A stretch of DNA of 64,000 nt from assembly GCF_009834535.1 (NCBI RefSeq), contig NC_045697.1:50036001-50100000 (forward strand), read 5' to 3'. Position numbers and translations under genes: made by a program. Shown piece after piece: positions 25,531 through 38,974 of the stretch. Origin of the DNA: Camelus ferus (lineage: Eukaryota). The notes below the pieces were generated by a model. The model saw nothing but the letters and a program-made list of their open reading frames with translations. It searched no databases and was not told the DNA's origin. How positions within the stretch are numbered: the stretch's first letter is position 1; every line of letters begins with the position of its first letter.

Positions 25531-26635
25531 TGTCTGGAGCACAAGGACCCATAGGACCTCAGCAATCATGCAGGGCCAGGTTAAGACCGTGTTCAAGATT
25601 GTGAATGCTGTCCTCCCTGCAGGGCAAGAGGTAAGTACCTCCTTCACTACATATGGGAGCACTGTGAAAATGGAGAATAAATATTTGCTACCTGACCTGC
25701 CGGGCCTGCAACCCCCTCCCCAGCCCACCCACAGCTCAGGAAGGAGAAGGAGGCAGCAAACCCACAGTTCAGCTCCCTGACGCCACAAGCCATTCCTCAC
25801 TAGGGTCTGCTGCAGAGAAGGGCGGAAGCTTCTCTCTGCAGAGGAAGGAAAGAGCTATGTGTATAGATTGGGTCCCACAACAGTCCCCCTCAGCACATCT
25901 GCTTCTGAGTTCAAGGATAACTAACTCACTGGTTGCTACAAAGACTTGTATCTGCACCCAATCATCTCTCCTTAACCAATGACTCTGCCAAATGGTTCAA
26001 TCATCTCCATTTTCCAAGGATAAAGAATTTGGACTCATGTTCTGTAAATAGTATAAGAAGGTCCATTTTTTTTTTTTATTGTTGTTGCACTTTGCTTTAA
26101 CTACCTGGCAAAGGAACAAAAAGTAGAAACAGTATAAGAACAACAAAAAAGAATTAGTTACGAAAATAGCGACCTGGGCACTTTGTTCTGCATGAGCTGC
26201 TGCCCATGTATGATGTTTCCCATTAGCATTTGTCAAAACTAAGGACTAAAATATCCATCAATGAGTTAGGGGTTATTGGGGATCTACTGGGGGTGGCATG
26301 CATAGTCAAAAAAAAGGAGTAGAAATGTGTCTGGTGGGGAATAGAGAGATGGCCGACAGAGACCACGATACTTGGGCAACTGGAACTTTCTAAAGTAGAA
26401 AGGATAATCCAACCAAACTTTAGGATAATAAGAGCCTGGGCCAGAAGACCAGATCCTCTGCGTTCTGGTATTAAGTATATTGTTAACTATCTGTGTGACC
26501 CTGGGAAAGTCAATTTCCCTCTCTGAGCCTCCACATTTGTAAAATGGTGGGAGTATGGCGGCGGGGAAGAGTGAGGAAAGTTTATATAAATCTCTAAGGT
26601 CTCTTGTACGTTAAACATTTTATGATTCCGTAACT

Positions 26636-26835
26636 CTAGACCTCCATTGTCTAATATTATAGCCTCTAGTCATGTGTCGCCATTTAGATTTGATAAAATT
26701 AAATACAATGAAAATTACAGTTTTTCAGTTGCACTGGTCATGTTTTAAATGTTCAACAGCCAAATGCAGTAAACTGGCTGGTGCAGAAAGAGAACGTTTC
26801 CGTCATCACAGAAAGTCTTATTGAATAGCCATGTT
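26636..26835. mobile_element. hAT-Charlie MITE (MER3-like)
   Basis: tgtctaatattatagcctctagtcatgtg ... agaacgtttccgtcatcacagaaagtcttattgaatagc. Confidence 0.7.
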
Positions 26836-29800
26836 TTTCTTTATAAAAGTTACTTGAGAAGTCTAATACAAACACTATTCATGTTTTCAGTTATTGATTT
26901 GATTGTAAAATTAACTATTGCTACCACGAATGCAGTTATTAGGAACTGACATTTATTGAGTTCTACTATTGCTGGAATTGTAGCAATTAGGCTATTACAC
27001 TGAGCCTTTGCATATGCTTTGTCTAAGATGCCCTCCCTTACCTCCTTTCCTTTATTCGGCAACTTCCTATTTATTTAAAAAAAAAAACTCAAATATTACT
27101 TCTTCATCAGGCAAAATAGTTGCCCTTTCTGCTTGGGGTTTCCACTACACTACATTTACATCTCGAGCATGGAGTTCACCAGGCTGCACTGTAGTCTCTT
27201 TTGCGAGTCTGGTCTCCCGCCAGACGGTTAGTGCATTCAAGATGAAGAGTGTGCCCAGTACCCCCAGTTTAAACAAGGTGCTGAGTCAATGTTTGCTAAA
27301 TGAAAATGTTAAAATATCTTTTTAAGACTGAGTCACCACCTTTTCCTTCCACTCCATCCTATTGAGATGCTTTCCATTTTCCCTGGAACTTGCAGTTTAG
27401 ATGCATTCATTATCTGCAAGCAGAGGGCTCCAGGGTCTTCAGGCAGGGAGAACAGTTAAATACATACGTCCATAATCATTTTGCGGACAAGTTATTCTTT
27501 CCAAGTCTCTCTGCAAGCAGGCTGTCTTTTACAGGCGAGGAAATACTATGACTTCCTACCAATTCTGGTGAAGTTCTGTCCACATTTTCTACCCTGCGCC
27601 AGGCCTGGGCAGTGCTCTGGGCCACCTGCCTATGGTGACAGAGGCCATTCAGAAATACTACAGGCCAGCAGGGTGCAGCTTGGCTGTTGTCTTGTTTTAT
27701 CCCCTCCCCAAAGCAAAAGGACTGCAGCAGCTTTATAAAGTGATGTAAAAGTTATTCACAAGGACCTTCGTGCACAGTTAAAAAGACACATGGTCACCCC
27801 ACACATTCTCCCTGGGAGCAGAGCAGAATCCCTCGACTGCCTGCCACCCTTACTCCAGACAGACATGGGAGAATAAAGTCATTCCTCCCTTCCCTGTCCT
27901 TTAAAGTCATACAGGCATCACTATTTAGAGTCATCCTTTTTTCCTCCCACATTTTAAAAAGGGCTGAGGTAGGTTCGAATCTAAAAAAAAAAAAACCCAA
28001 AAAACAAAAAAGAAAAAGAAAAAAAAATCCAAACAACAAAAAGTCCTAATCAATCAACCTTACAAACAAAGTCAGAAATATTATTAGAACAAAGGTTAGG
28101 AAGAGAGATACTGTTTATTGAAGACTTCTCATGTGTCAGGATTGTCCTGGGTAAACAAATCTCTTATAATCCAACAACCCCCAAAGATATGTTTAATGAT
28201 CGCATCTTACAGACGGAGGCATGGAAGCCCAGAAGAGATGTGATGAATAAACAGAGAGCGTGGATTCAATGGCGGAGCGATATGGGAGCCAGAAGCTCTG
28301 CGGCTTTGGAGGAATTGTTGGACCACTTCAAGCCTCCGTGTCCTCATTCAGAAACGGAGCCCAACAGCACCAACCTTCCAGGGCTGTTTTTGAGCCAGAT
28401 AAGAAAATGCCTGCAACGCACCTAAACACGATGGCCACATCTTACTAGGTTTAATGTTAGTTTCCCTTCCCCTCTGCTTGTCTGCTAAATGTCAGAGTTG
28501 GAATTCAAAAGCAGGATCATGGGCCCCAAACCAAGTTCTCTGCAGATCAGTAATGAAAACTTGTCTGAGCTGCTCCTCCACCTCTGTGGTGATAGACTCA
28601 AACTAGCTGAATCTGAGTCGTTCTTACCTTTGTACTGGGCAAAACACTCTCTGTTGTTTTATATATCTATGCCCAGATGTAAATCTTTTAGAAGTCAAAA
28701 TCAAAACAAATCAATCATGCATCTCCCAGTGCATTATAAGGTGCCTTCAGCACAGCCTGATCACAAAAATATCTTTTCCAGCCACTTAATGTCATAGAAC
28801 TACTTAGGAAAGAGGTTTAGCGTTGGCAAAAGACAATAGAATAATTACTGGGTTTCAGTGCCTATGGAATTTGCAAAATGCCCGTAAGACACAGGGAGAA
28901 ATAATAGCCTTTTTAGCTTTCCTTGTCCTAAATCTCTTTCGTAGTCTCCCTGCTTTGAAGTAGGCTTTGTACACTTCTTGAAAGAAAAAAAAAAAGAGCA
29001 AGTCCACAAAAAAAAAAGTTCTTGTGGAAAAGTGTAGGCTGCATTTAGAACTGGGGAAGATCTCAGTCTTCGTAGTTTTCTTGCTGGTCAGAGATATATT
29101 TGTCCTTGGCTTGGTAAGGAGAAAGATTCTGAAGTTTTAGGAAAAAAGTCTTCAAATTCATAATCCAGGGAATGCACTATTTCTCTTACCTTGGAATTTA
29201 TTTTGCATACAGCTCCTTCTCCACTGCATGAGTCTCTGAAAACAGTCTCATCTGACAACATATTTCCCAGCCTGTGCACCCCTTCCCCACCCCCAATGCC
29301 CTAAGAATACTGTAGAGACAGCTGTGCTACAACGAACTGGCGCAAAGCGGGAGCTGTGAGATTGGCACTGAGTTTGGCTCAGTACCTTTCTCTGTGGCTT
29401 TGGACGTGTAACCTCACTTCTATGAGTCTTGATTTTTCTTGTCTGTAGAATGGGGGTCCTGGCTGGCTGCCAAGAGCTTGTGAGGACTGAGTCTCATTTT
29501 GCACCTGCAAGCTCTGTAGTGACCACAAGGTGCTATTTGAATGTTTTTATTAGAATTTAAGGAGCAGGAGCCTGAAGAACTGTCTGCTCAGGGCAGTATT
29601 TTCCATTTTTAAATCGACATGCATACTTGCCACTAGTCTAATTAATTTTGGATCAGTTTTTTTGGGTCCTAGAGTTTGAAAGCTAACGTAAGTGGCTTCC
29701 AGACTACTGAGCTGTGTGTATTAAACTTGCTTTTATGGCATTCTACATAACAGACTGTGATGGATAAAAACACCAGCCCAGGAAGTCAAAACACCCATGG

Positions 29801-30601
29801 CTGACTCCCAGGGCTCTCAGTGACCTTAGCGACACAACTCTGAGCCCTTCTGCTGCTCCCTGACACCCTGCCCTGCCATTCCCTTATCTGTAACTTGAAA
29901 GGTCACTGTCTTTCTTTGTGAATGACCCAAGCTCGCACACAATGAGTGCATGTAAGAGCAGCCTGCACATTGGAAGCCACAGCCCAAGTAACTTAAGCTA
30001 GCACTGCTGTAGAGTAAGGACTCCCTGAAGCACCAGGCTACCTCTAGGAGCTTTATGAATTTCAAGGAAAGAGCAAGTCATTTAAGGATCAAATCAATCA
30101 GAAAGTGAATGTTTGATGTTCTTAAACTTATTAAAACCCAGAGTTCAAGAACTAGATACAATCTATGGTTTTTCTCTCAAGGGAAAAAAAAGCACATCAT
30201 CCGCGTTGGCTGCGATGTTTCCTGGACTTTCTGGCCCTGAGTGATGGATCACCTAAGTTGGGTAGATCTTGGGTTAAGAATCTCTTTTCAGATTATAAAG
30301 GGCAGATAGTAAAACTCATCTCATTTAATCCTCTTATTTAACAGATGACAAGTGTAGGCAAGGAGGTTACCCGGGACCACAGCACGTATGTTAGACATGG
30401 TTTTAAACATGTTGTTTTTTGTTTCCAATTTAAAAATCAACATGCCATGTTAGAATATAGAGAAAGCTCAGTTATTTGGACTATTTCATTTACCAGAATA
30501 TTTTATTCATCATCCCTGTTAAAGACCAGCTTATGCATACCTCATCCATTTTCCATACCATAAATTGAATTTATACCTTGAAAACGATGCCATGGACCAA
30601 G

Positions 30602-30771
30602 AAAGTACAGATTGAATTAACCCAATGTCCCACTTAAAGCCAAATTGCTAATGCTTATAGAAGGATAAGCTTTATATCCTTTATAAAGGATATAAAGTAC
30701 AGATTGAATTAACCCAATGTCCCACTTAAAGCCAAATTGCTAATGCTTATAGAAGGATAAGCTTTATATCC
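30602..30771. repeat. Perfect 78-bp tandem duplication with a 14-bp insert forming a 28-bp palindrome
   Basis: 30602-30679 is identical to 30694-30771. The sequence ctttatatcctttataaaggatataaag (30670-30697) equals its own reverse complement. Confidence 0.97.
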
Positions 30772-33700
30772 CAACTTTACCTACTTGGGCTTAAACCTAA
30801 ATTCTTAGATAAATTTTGACCCCTAACTGTTAATCAGGTTTCCTGAATTCACACAGTTTTGAGTTAATGGCCCATATTCTGCCAGACTCCTCATCAAAAC
30901 TAGAAGTCAGGTGTTGCTTAAATCTGATGCTAAGAAAAGTGCATTTTTATAAAAATAAAACTGAGAAAATGTGTAAACAATATAATTCACACATTTAGGC
31001 GTCTGGGTAATGAGGGCCAGCCTTCCCATGGCAGATGGGATTTGGTTTCTGTTTTTCATTCACTGGCATCACAACCAGCAGAAATTGCTCTTCTGCAGGT
31101 GCAGCAGGGTTGATTGTGTTTTCTGAACACAATGCTGGAAAAGGCCATCAGCATCACAAGTGAAACGAAAATGAGCAGGTACAACTATTGAGCTTACAGC
31201 AAGGTGTGGTCAACATATCGGTCACTGCGTAATTTCAACACAGCAGCATTTTTTTTTGTTGGATGTTATGAGTCAAACAAGGTCAAATTTGGGTTGTTAA
31301 AAATCTGGCAGTCGTTGCTCAGCAAAGAACATAGGTGCCTTTTCTTTTCCCAGCTGCTCCTGTCTGTCAGGCTTTACCAGAATACAGTTTGGCACAGCTC
31401 TGCAGAAGATAAATGCTGTCACTTTGGCTCATGGAGACTTGACGAAGTAGCAAGCAGCCCATGTCAATAAACCTGTCTCTCTAATACAAGTTGTGTGTGC
31501 CCTCCTAGAAACCTAATCCTGATTACGTCAAAGAAAAATTGAGTCTTTTCCCTGGAGCTCCTGTCCCTTTGCACACCATCTCAGAAGGCTGTGGGTTTTT
31601 CCTGGATGGTTCTCACTCAAATGGTGGATGATCTCTTCCCACTAATTTCAAGAAGAATTTATTGTGGGTAATATGTTAAAGCTTCAGAGGATGTATTTCA
31701 GATCTACTCCTAGTTTCTGTCTCAAGTGCCATGTAGTCTCAAGCAGAAGCCAAGCCACCTTTGGAGAGGAGGTTTCGAAGTGGCCAGATCAACTACAGTA
31801 GAGTTGGTAGCCTCCTGATCCACCAGCTTGACTTGCCAAGGGAGATACGCTGTTCACCAGACGTGCCCCACTTTCCTTCTTCCTCTTGTCAAGGCCCTTC
31901 GGGGTTTGAGCTCCAGCTGATTCATTTGCTTTCCCCTGTCAGATGTCTCTGGAGAGGCCAGGATGTTCTCAGATGTCAGTGGCGGTGGGGATCACTTTTC
32001 AAACTTTAATGTCTCTTGTCATTTCTTTCATTCTGGAAGAATTATCATAAAGTACAATCTGCCGTGGAAAAGTTTGGTTATCCCAAGCGTGTGTCTCTAA
32101 CCAGATACATGAGCTGGCTGACCTGCTCACCCCTTATGTAACCTCAGATTTCCTGATTAACTCCTTTAATCTTAATTGTTTTAAAGAAAAAATTCAAAGC
32201 TTCTAAAGCTCTTTACTCCTCGTCTCCTGGGCACTGATTTTGGGTCCCAGGCTGTCTCACCACATTGCTTTGGCAAAACAATGGCTCTCCCTGGGACTTA
32301 AAAAATATAATGAGGCTGTTCTCTTGCTTTGTAACTTTTTATCTCAGCATGAACTCAACTCTCATCAAGGAGTTTTGTTTATAGTGTCGGGGCTTTAAAC
32401 ATTTTTTTTTTTATTCCTTTAAGAATAACCCAAATCAATAAAGGCTTTAGACAGTAGACCTCTTACTTTTCTTAGAATATTTCACTTGCTTATATAATCA
32501 AACCTATCTAACTAATTAAATCTCCTGTTAAATGAAATTATATTTTTTCCAAAGGGAAGAATTTCAAATGTTGATTTTTCACTCTGATTTACAAGGAAAG
32601 CTATGATTCCAGAGAACACTGAACAGGCAGATATAGAACCAAATAAATGTCCATGTTCTACCTTATTAGCACCCTAGTTACTAATCAGAGGACATGTTGT
32701 ATATATGTTAATGTCTGTTGAATGTGTAGAATAACCTGCTTTTTTATGGGGAGGAAGTGTTGAATGTTAGACATTACAGAAAATGTATGAATCCACTGAA
32801 TATTAATTTTCCCAGAAAAAGACATTCTTTTTATGCTACTTGGTCTTCACCTTTAAAAATTCTTCTAAATATTTTAGTTAAGAAGGAAGCAAGTAAGAAA
32901 CGAGAAGAACACACATCCTACCCACAAACATACATATACACACATCACACACACGCACACGCACACACACACACTTTTCATGCAGGCAGACAGAAATCCA
33001 CTGTTCTAGAATGTCACAATTCATATTTTTTCCATGAAATATTTCTGTGGCCCTCTGTGGCCCACATCAATGATGCAGACCTTAGAACTGAGGAAGAGAC
33101 CTTTTAGGGAGCAGATCATACCCTCTCTGCACCTGGAGGAAAGGTATCGTACCTAGAGCAAGGAGCTACATCCCAAAACAGCAGAAGCTATTTTCATCTC
33201 CTGCGACTTTCTGCTTTTTCTTTTCTCTTCCTGACTCTGGCTCAGGCACAATGATGCAAACAATATAGTATTCACCATGGCAGAGAAGAAGTGAAACAGT
33301 GCCCTTAACATTTGTCATGTGCCTCCCAAACAGTACACCTGCTATTAGCCACGTCCAAATCAGAATGCTCCAGAAGCACCCAGAGGCCTCGCAGTTAGCA
33401 GACTGGCTGAGTAAGTTCTAAGTGAGCAGAACTTCTATTGCTTAGTAAAACCCATTCTGTTTGGGGCTCTAAGGACGGCCATTAAAAATCTCATTAATTT
33501 AGGTGGTTGGTTTTCAATGAGTCTGGTAAGTTTAGAAATGTGTGAAGGCATTTCTTCCCTCCTTCCTTTCCTCTTTTTTTTTTTTTTTTTCTGTCTGTTT
33601 TTCTTTTATCTTGCTTGTCACATTGCCTGTAAGGCACTACTGCTCTTTAGTGGTCAGAGCCTAGGGATGCTGTCCACATGTTAGGCCCCCTCCAAATGCC

Positions 33701-33930
33701 CACAGCACGCTGGTTGAGAAATACCTGATTTAAATAGTCTCAACCAACCCTCTACTTTCAAGAGCAAAAAAGAAATAAGTAAACAAGTAGGTAAAAAAAC
33801 TACTTGAGAGGTGACAGCAGCTGCCATCTTGGATAAAAGTAATGTGTAATTGATTATGTTACTAACGGCTTCTTTTATCAGCGGAGGCGGGTCTTTCATG
33901 AATGTGGCTTAGATGCGAAAATAATATAGC

Positions 33931-34396
33931 TGATATGAGTTTAATTGTGCCCCCCCAAAAAGATAGGTCGAAGCCCTAACACCACTCTAGAACAGTGGAG
34001 TGCCTGCGAATGTGGCCTTACTTGGAAACCTGATCTTGGCAGATGTAAGCAAGTTAAGAGGAGGGCACACTGGGCTAGGGTGGGCTCTAATCCAGTAAGG
34101 CTGGATGACTGATGGCCTGACAGGAAGGGAATCAGAACCCAGACGCACTCAGAGGGAAGAGGGCCATGTGAAGACAGAGGCAGAGATCAGAATTAATACT
34201 CTCGCAGGCCAAGGAACACCAGAAGCTGGTAAATGCCAGGAAGGATCCTCCCCTGGAGGCTCTGAAGGGAACACGGCCCTGCTGCCACCTTGATTTCAAA
34301 CTTCTAGCTTCCAAACAGTGAGAGAATACAGTCCTGTTGTTTTAAGCCATCCAAGTTGGTGGTAATTTGTTTTAGCCACCCTAGGAAACCAAGATA
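33931..34396 (+). mobile_element. MaLR solo LTR (MLT1B/C-like) with perfect 5-bp TSD
   Basis: MLT1 motifs (aattgtgcccccccaaaaagata, gaagacagaggcagagat, ctgttgttttaagcca). TSD atagc at 33926-33930 and 34397-34401. Confidence 0.9.
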
Positions 34397-35069
34397 ATAG
34401 CTACTCTATATTTATCCCAAGCTAGACAGGTTGGCATCATTCAAGGGAGCAGGCAGTTCAAAGCGGTTTGGGGGGAGGAATGTTGGGGGACAGACACTTA
34501 ACTGGCAACCTCTGCTGCTGCTGCTAGAAGATCGGAGAAGGTTTCCCTTTCTGCCCAGGAAGGCACACTTCATTTTAAATTCTGCTCCCTCTGGATGCTT
34601 TAAAGACAATCTTCACTGGATTCATTTATCTAGAGTGAACTTTTAGTTCATAAAGACATACAGGCAAGGGTGGCTGCCCAAAGAGAGCAAGTTTATCTGG
34701 AAGTAAGTTACAGTGCCTGCCTTTCCAAATGTCACTTGCTGGTGGGTGATCATGTGAAGCAGGCTAACTGGATGGCCTCTCTTTTCTGTGCTCCCCCTGG
34801 GGTCTTTTGGTGTTCAGCATACTCATGATGCCTCTGACTGTGCAACTCTTCCTCAGGGGGTGTCCCAGCCTCCACTTTCCATTATCATCACGTATCTCTC
34901 CTATGGGCCACCCCCTCGAGGCTCAGGCTCCATGCTCTTCTACACGCTGGCACATGGTGATGTGGTGATAATCTCCTTCTACCAAGCCATCTTCATTTAT
35001 TAGCTGGAATGCTTGTATGGAGACAGTTACCTCATCATCTAATATTTGGTCATCATCTAATATTTGGGT

Positions 35070-35510
35070 ACACCTCATAAAATAAATGCAAAAGATCAAT
35101 CAATAAATCAAAATAATTCTTTGATCTATTTCTTTTCAAAATAACATGTTAGTTTATCAGCATTCTCCAACGAAGATAAATGAAGTTTCAGGTTATCATT
35201 GTTTTGTGTTTGATATCATTATGAACTCATGAGCTTAAACAACGTGATTCAGTCCATGGCATTTGTCCTTATGTTCAAACTGTTCTATCTTAGGCCAATG
35301 GGAGCCTCACTAAATGATTTTGAGTGCTTCTGACAGGAGCCTGGTAGTCTTTGTCAGCATCCTTGCTATCCAGTACAGGATCTTCCAGGCTTATCTTATA
35401 CATTTCCTAACCCAGACTTGGAATTAGCCATTTCTCCAGGAGGCTTCATCCATTGCATTGGAAATGGAATTTAGTAACCACAGTCTGAACACCTGGATGA
35501 CTCTTAGGCA
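35070..35510 (-). mobile_element. Old L1MC-like fragment
   Basis: ttccaggcttatcttatacatttcc...ttggaattagccatttctccaggagg...ggaaatggaatttagtaaccacagtctg. Confidence 0.65.
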
Positions 35511-35789
35511 GATCTGGGTCTGCTTTTCCTCCCTTGGACGTGAAAAGACAATTTGGCCTGAACGAGTCCCAAAAGAGTGGCAAGAGACCATGAGAAGAGA
35601 AAGGTTGACAATGACCACAGAGGAGTTTCTGTAACTGTCTAGGCTGAGATCATGAGGTTCTCACCCAAGACTGTAGCTGTGGGGATGGGGAAGAGGATCA
35701 GAGTTGGGAGAGATTCTACAGAGTAAATTTACACAAGAGGATTTGGCAACTGATTTGGCAGTTCAAGGCCTGAGGGGCCAAGGTAGGTA

Positions 35790-35990
35790 GAAGATGACAG
35801 ACCTGGGCTCAAAGCCTAGCTCTGTCACTTACCAACTGTGTGATCTGCATCTCATTGCTTAACTTCTGAGAACCCGTAACCTCAGCTACAAAATAGGAAT
35901 AGCCTGCTTCTCTCACAGGGTGGTCGGGAGGATTAGATGACGCTGCAAATGACATGAACATAATATAAAGTGTGATACCTAGGACTGCTA
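35790..35990 (+). mobile_element. MIR SINE
   Basis: gacctgggctcaaagcctagctctgtcacttaccaactgtgtgatct. Confidence 0.75.
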
Positions 35991-37279
35991 AAAATTAACA
36001 ACGTGAATTTCCCTGCTGCCCGACAGGTCTAGACTTTTCTATAATATGAAGGGGTTGGCCCAGATCACACCAAACCCTCCTCCAGCCCTGTCTGCTCCAG
36101 CCCTCTCTGAATTCACACTTGCTCTGTTCTCTGATAATGCCATGAGTATTAGTAATGGATCCTCTAGCATTTACCTAAACCACATTTTATTGAATATTTT
36201 ATTGAAAAGATGATATACAAATTTAATGTTGCCAAAAGAAAAACACATCATATAGCCTTCTGACAGCTCTTTTTCCTATTGGATACCTAAGTTGACAGAT
36301 TTCACTGAAGAAAAGCTTAGAGTAATGTTTTCACTTAAAATTGCTCCCATAAGTGACAAACGCTGAAAGTATTAAAAAATAACAAAGTACCTTAAATGCT
36401 AATCAGTTAGCTCAGAGCCTCTTAAAATACTTTCCAAGACAGTTGTCTTGATCAATGATTTATGCAGCACTCTGTCTTTAGAAAATACAATATTACTTTA
36501 AGTCAATTCCTTCCCAGAGCCCTCCCTGCCCATTAAGTCAGGAATATCCTGTAAACCTTTCTGAAATTATTTGCTTTTGTAAGATTATTTTTGGGGGCTC
36601 CATCAGAAGGATTTTTGAATCAAGATTTTGAGGATAGAAAAAGTCATCTAGCCACATTAATGATTGATAAAGAGGGATTAAAATATTGATAATATCTTCA
36701 CTTTTTAAATTGTGAAGACAACACAAACCACAAACAAAAGAGCACAAAAAGTGAAACTGACCCAAAACTCACTTGCCAGAAATAACCACTGTATCCTTCT
36801 AAACTCTTTTTCCCACGGGCACACACAGAACGTTTTAAATATTTTATTACAAGGTACATTTTATTCCTTAGCTTGCTTTTTCAATATACTGTGAAATATA
36901 AAGTTACAAGATATTAATTCAATATATTGTCACCATTTCTACGTGACAGTACGTAAGAGTCACCTCATTCTTTTAAGCAATTACTGAATATTGCCCAGTT
37001 GAATAAACATGGAAGTGTTTATTATGGTCTGACCAGCACTTTATAGTTAGACATTTACGTTGTTTAGAGTGCATTCATGTTTTAAAAAGTCCTTAACTTG
37101 GCTGTAAACTTTGGAATCTCAAAAAGCATATATCCCCTCTTTCTGATTACTCTCCAGACAGAAACTCTGTTCTCAGTGGTGTGGTAATTTTTCCCTCCTT
37201 CAGCAGCCACACTTGGCTGTCACCAGCCTTCTCTTGTCAAAGTGTGTTCCCTTTCTTTCCAGTGAGAACTGGGGCCCTG

Positions 37280-37762
37280 TTTTTGTTTTTTTTTTTTAAT
37301 TACTCTATCTTTATTTTTTAAATATATTTATATGGAAGTACAGTCAGTTTACAATGTTGTGTCGATTTCTGGTGTACAGCACATTGTTTCAGTCACAAAG
37401 TAACACACATACATTAATTCTCATATTTTTCTTCACCATAGGTTACGACAAGATATTGAATATGGTTCCCTGTGCTATACAGTATGAACTTGTTGTTGAT
37501 CTATTTTATATATATTAGTACCTGCAAATCTCGAACTCCCAATTTATCCCATCTCACCCCCCTTCCCCCACTGGTAACCATAAATTTGTTTTCTATGTCT
37601 GTGAGTCTGTTTCTGTTTTATAAATAAGTTTGTTTGTCTTTAAAAAAACTTTTTCTTTATATTCAACATATAAGTGATATCATATGGTATTTTTCTTTCT
37701 CTTTCTGGCTTATTTTACTTAGAAGGACATTCTCCAGGTTCATCCATGTTGCTGCAAATGGC
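37280..37762 (-). mobile_element. Cetartiodactyl-type L1 3' end
   Basis: Poly(T) followed by gtttacaatgttgtgtcgatttctggtgtacagc ... tccaggttcatccatgttgctgcaaatggc. Confidence 0.9.
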
Positions 37763-38078
37763 TTTACTTGGGGAACATGGGCTCTCTGGTGGAGGAGAGG
37801 TGGGGTGTGGTCGCCTGCCCTCCTGTGTCACTCCCACAAACCCAGACGCAGTTCCCCGTCGTCGGTCCTCCAGCATGAGGGGAGGGCAGGCTTCTCTCCC
37901 TGCACCCTCTCTCTGTGCACAGTCCCTGCTGCTGTCCCTCAAGATGGCAGAGCCCCTTCCCACCTCAAGAACAGATAAGTGACCCCACAGAACAAGCAAG
38001 GAACATGTTTTTAATACAAAGTGATCTTTTCCCTTCTTTGGTTTGTTTGTAGGTTGCTCTTTAAGTGGATATAATCTT

Positions 38079-38974
38079 TTTTTATAAATGAAATATAGTT
38101 GATTTACAATGTTGTGTTAGTTTCTTGTGTACAACACAGTGACCCAGTTATACATACATATATTCTTATCATTATAGGTTGTTACAAGATATTGATTATA
38201 GTTCCCTGTGCTGTACAGTAGGACCTTGTCGTTTATCTATTTTATAGATAGTAGTTAATATCTGCCAATCCCGAACTCCTAATTTATCCCTGCTCCCTTT
38301 CTCCCTGGTAATCATAAGTTTTGTTTTCTATGTCTGTGAGTCTGTTTCTGTTTTGTAAATAAGTTCATCTGTGTCTTTTCTTTTTTTAGGATTCCACATA
38401 TAAGCAATATCGTATGATATTTGTCTTTCCCTGTCTAACTTAGTTCACTTACGATGATCCCTATGATATGGGGTGATAACCTCTAGGTCCATCTCTATTG
38501 CTGCAAATGGCATTATTTCATTCTTTTTTATGGCTGAGTAGTACTCCATTGTATATGTATACCACAACTTCTTTATCTAGTCATCTGTTGATGTACGTTT
38601 AGGTTGCTTCTATGTCTTGGCTATTGTAAATAGTGTGCTGCAGTGAACATTGAGGGGGTACTTGTATCTTTCTAAAGTAGAATTTCCTCCAGATATATGC
38701 CCAAGAGTGGGATTGCTGGATCATATTAGTATGTTTATTTTTAGTTTTTTTTTAAGGAATCTCCATACTGTTTTCCATAATGGTGCATTGAATTACATTC
38801 CCATGAACAGTGTAGGAGGGTTTCCTTTTCTCCACACCCTCTCCAGCATTCCAGTTGTGACTTTTTAATAATGGCCATTCTGACTGGTGTGATGTGATAC
38901 TTCACTGTAATTTTGATTTGCATTTCTCTGATAATTAGTGACATTGAGCATCTTTTCATGTGCCTATTGGCCAC
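38079..38974 (-). mobile_element. 5'-truncated L1 with ORF2 C-terminal remnant and 16-bp TSD
   Basis: Frame 38974 onward reads [38 protein letters not shown], typical L1 ORF2p. TSD aagtggatataatctt (38063-38078) / aagttgacataatctt (38975-38990). Confidence 0.92.

Noticed and set aside
30388..30454. Tiny hairpin flanked by atgttaga direct repeats (possible mini-MITE)
   Set aside because: The stem is about 13 bp and AT-rich, and the ends do not form matching TIRs. It cannot be distinguished from chance.
37280..38974. Local segmental duplication of about 500 bp
   Set aside because: Similarity is confined to L1 3' UTR sequence, the flanks differ, and the second copy has its own TSD. These are independent insertions.
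38741..38974. Cellular protein-coding exon
   Set aside because: It is an L1 ORF2p C-terminal remnant that frameshifts out of similarity.
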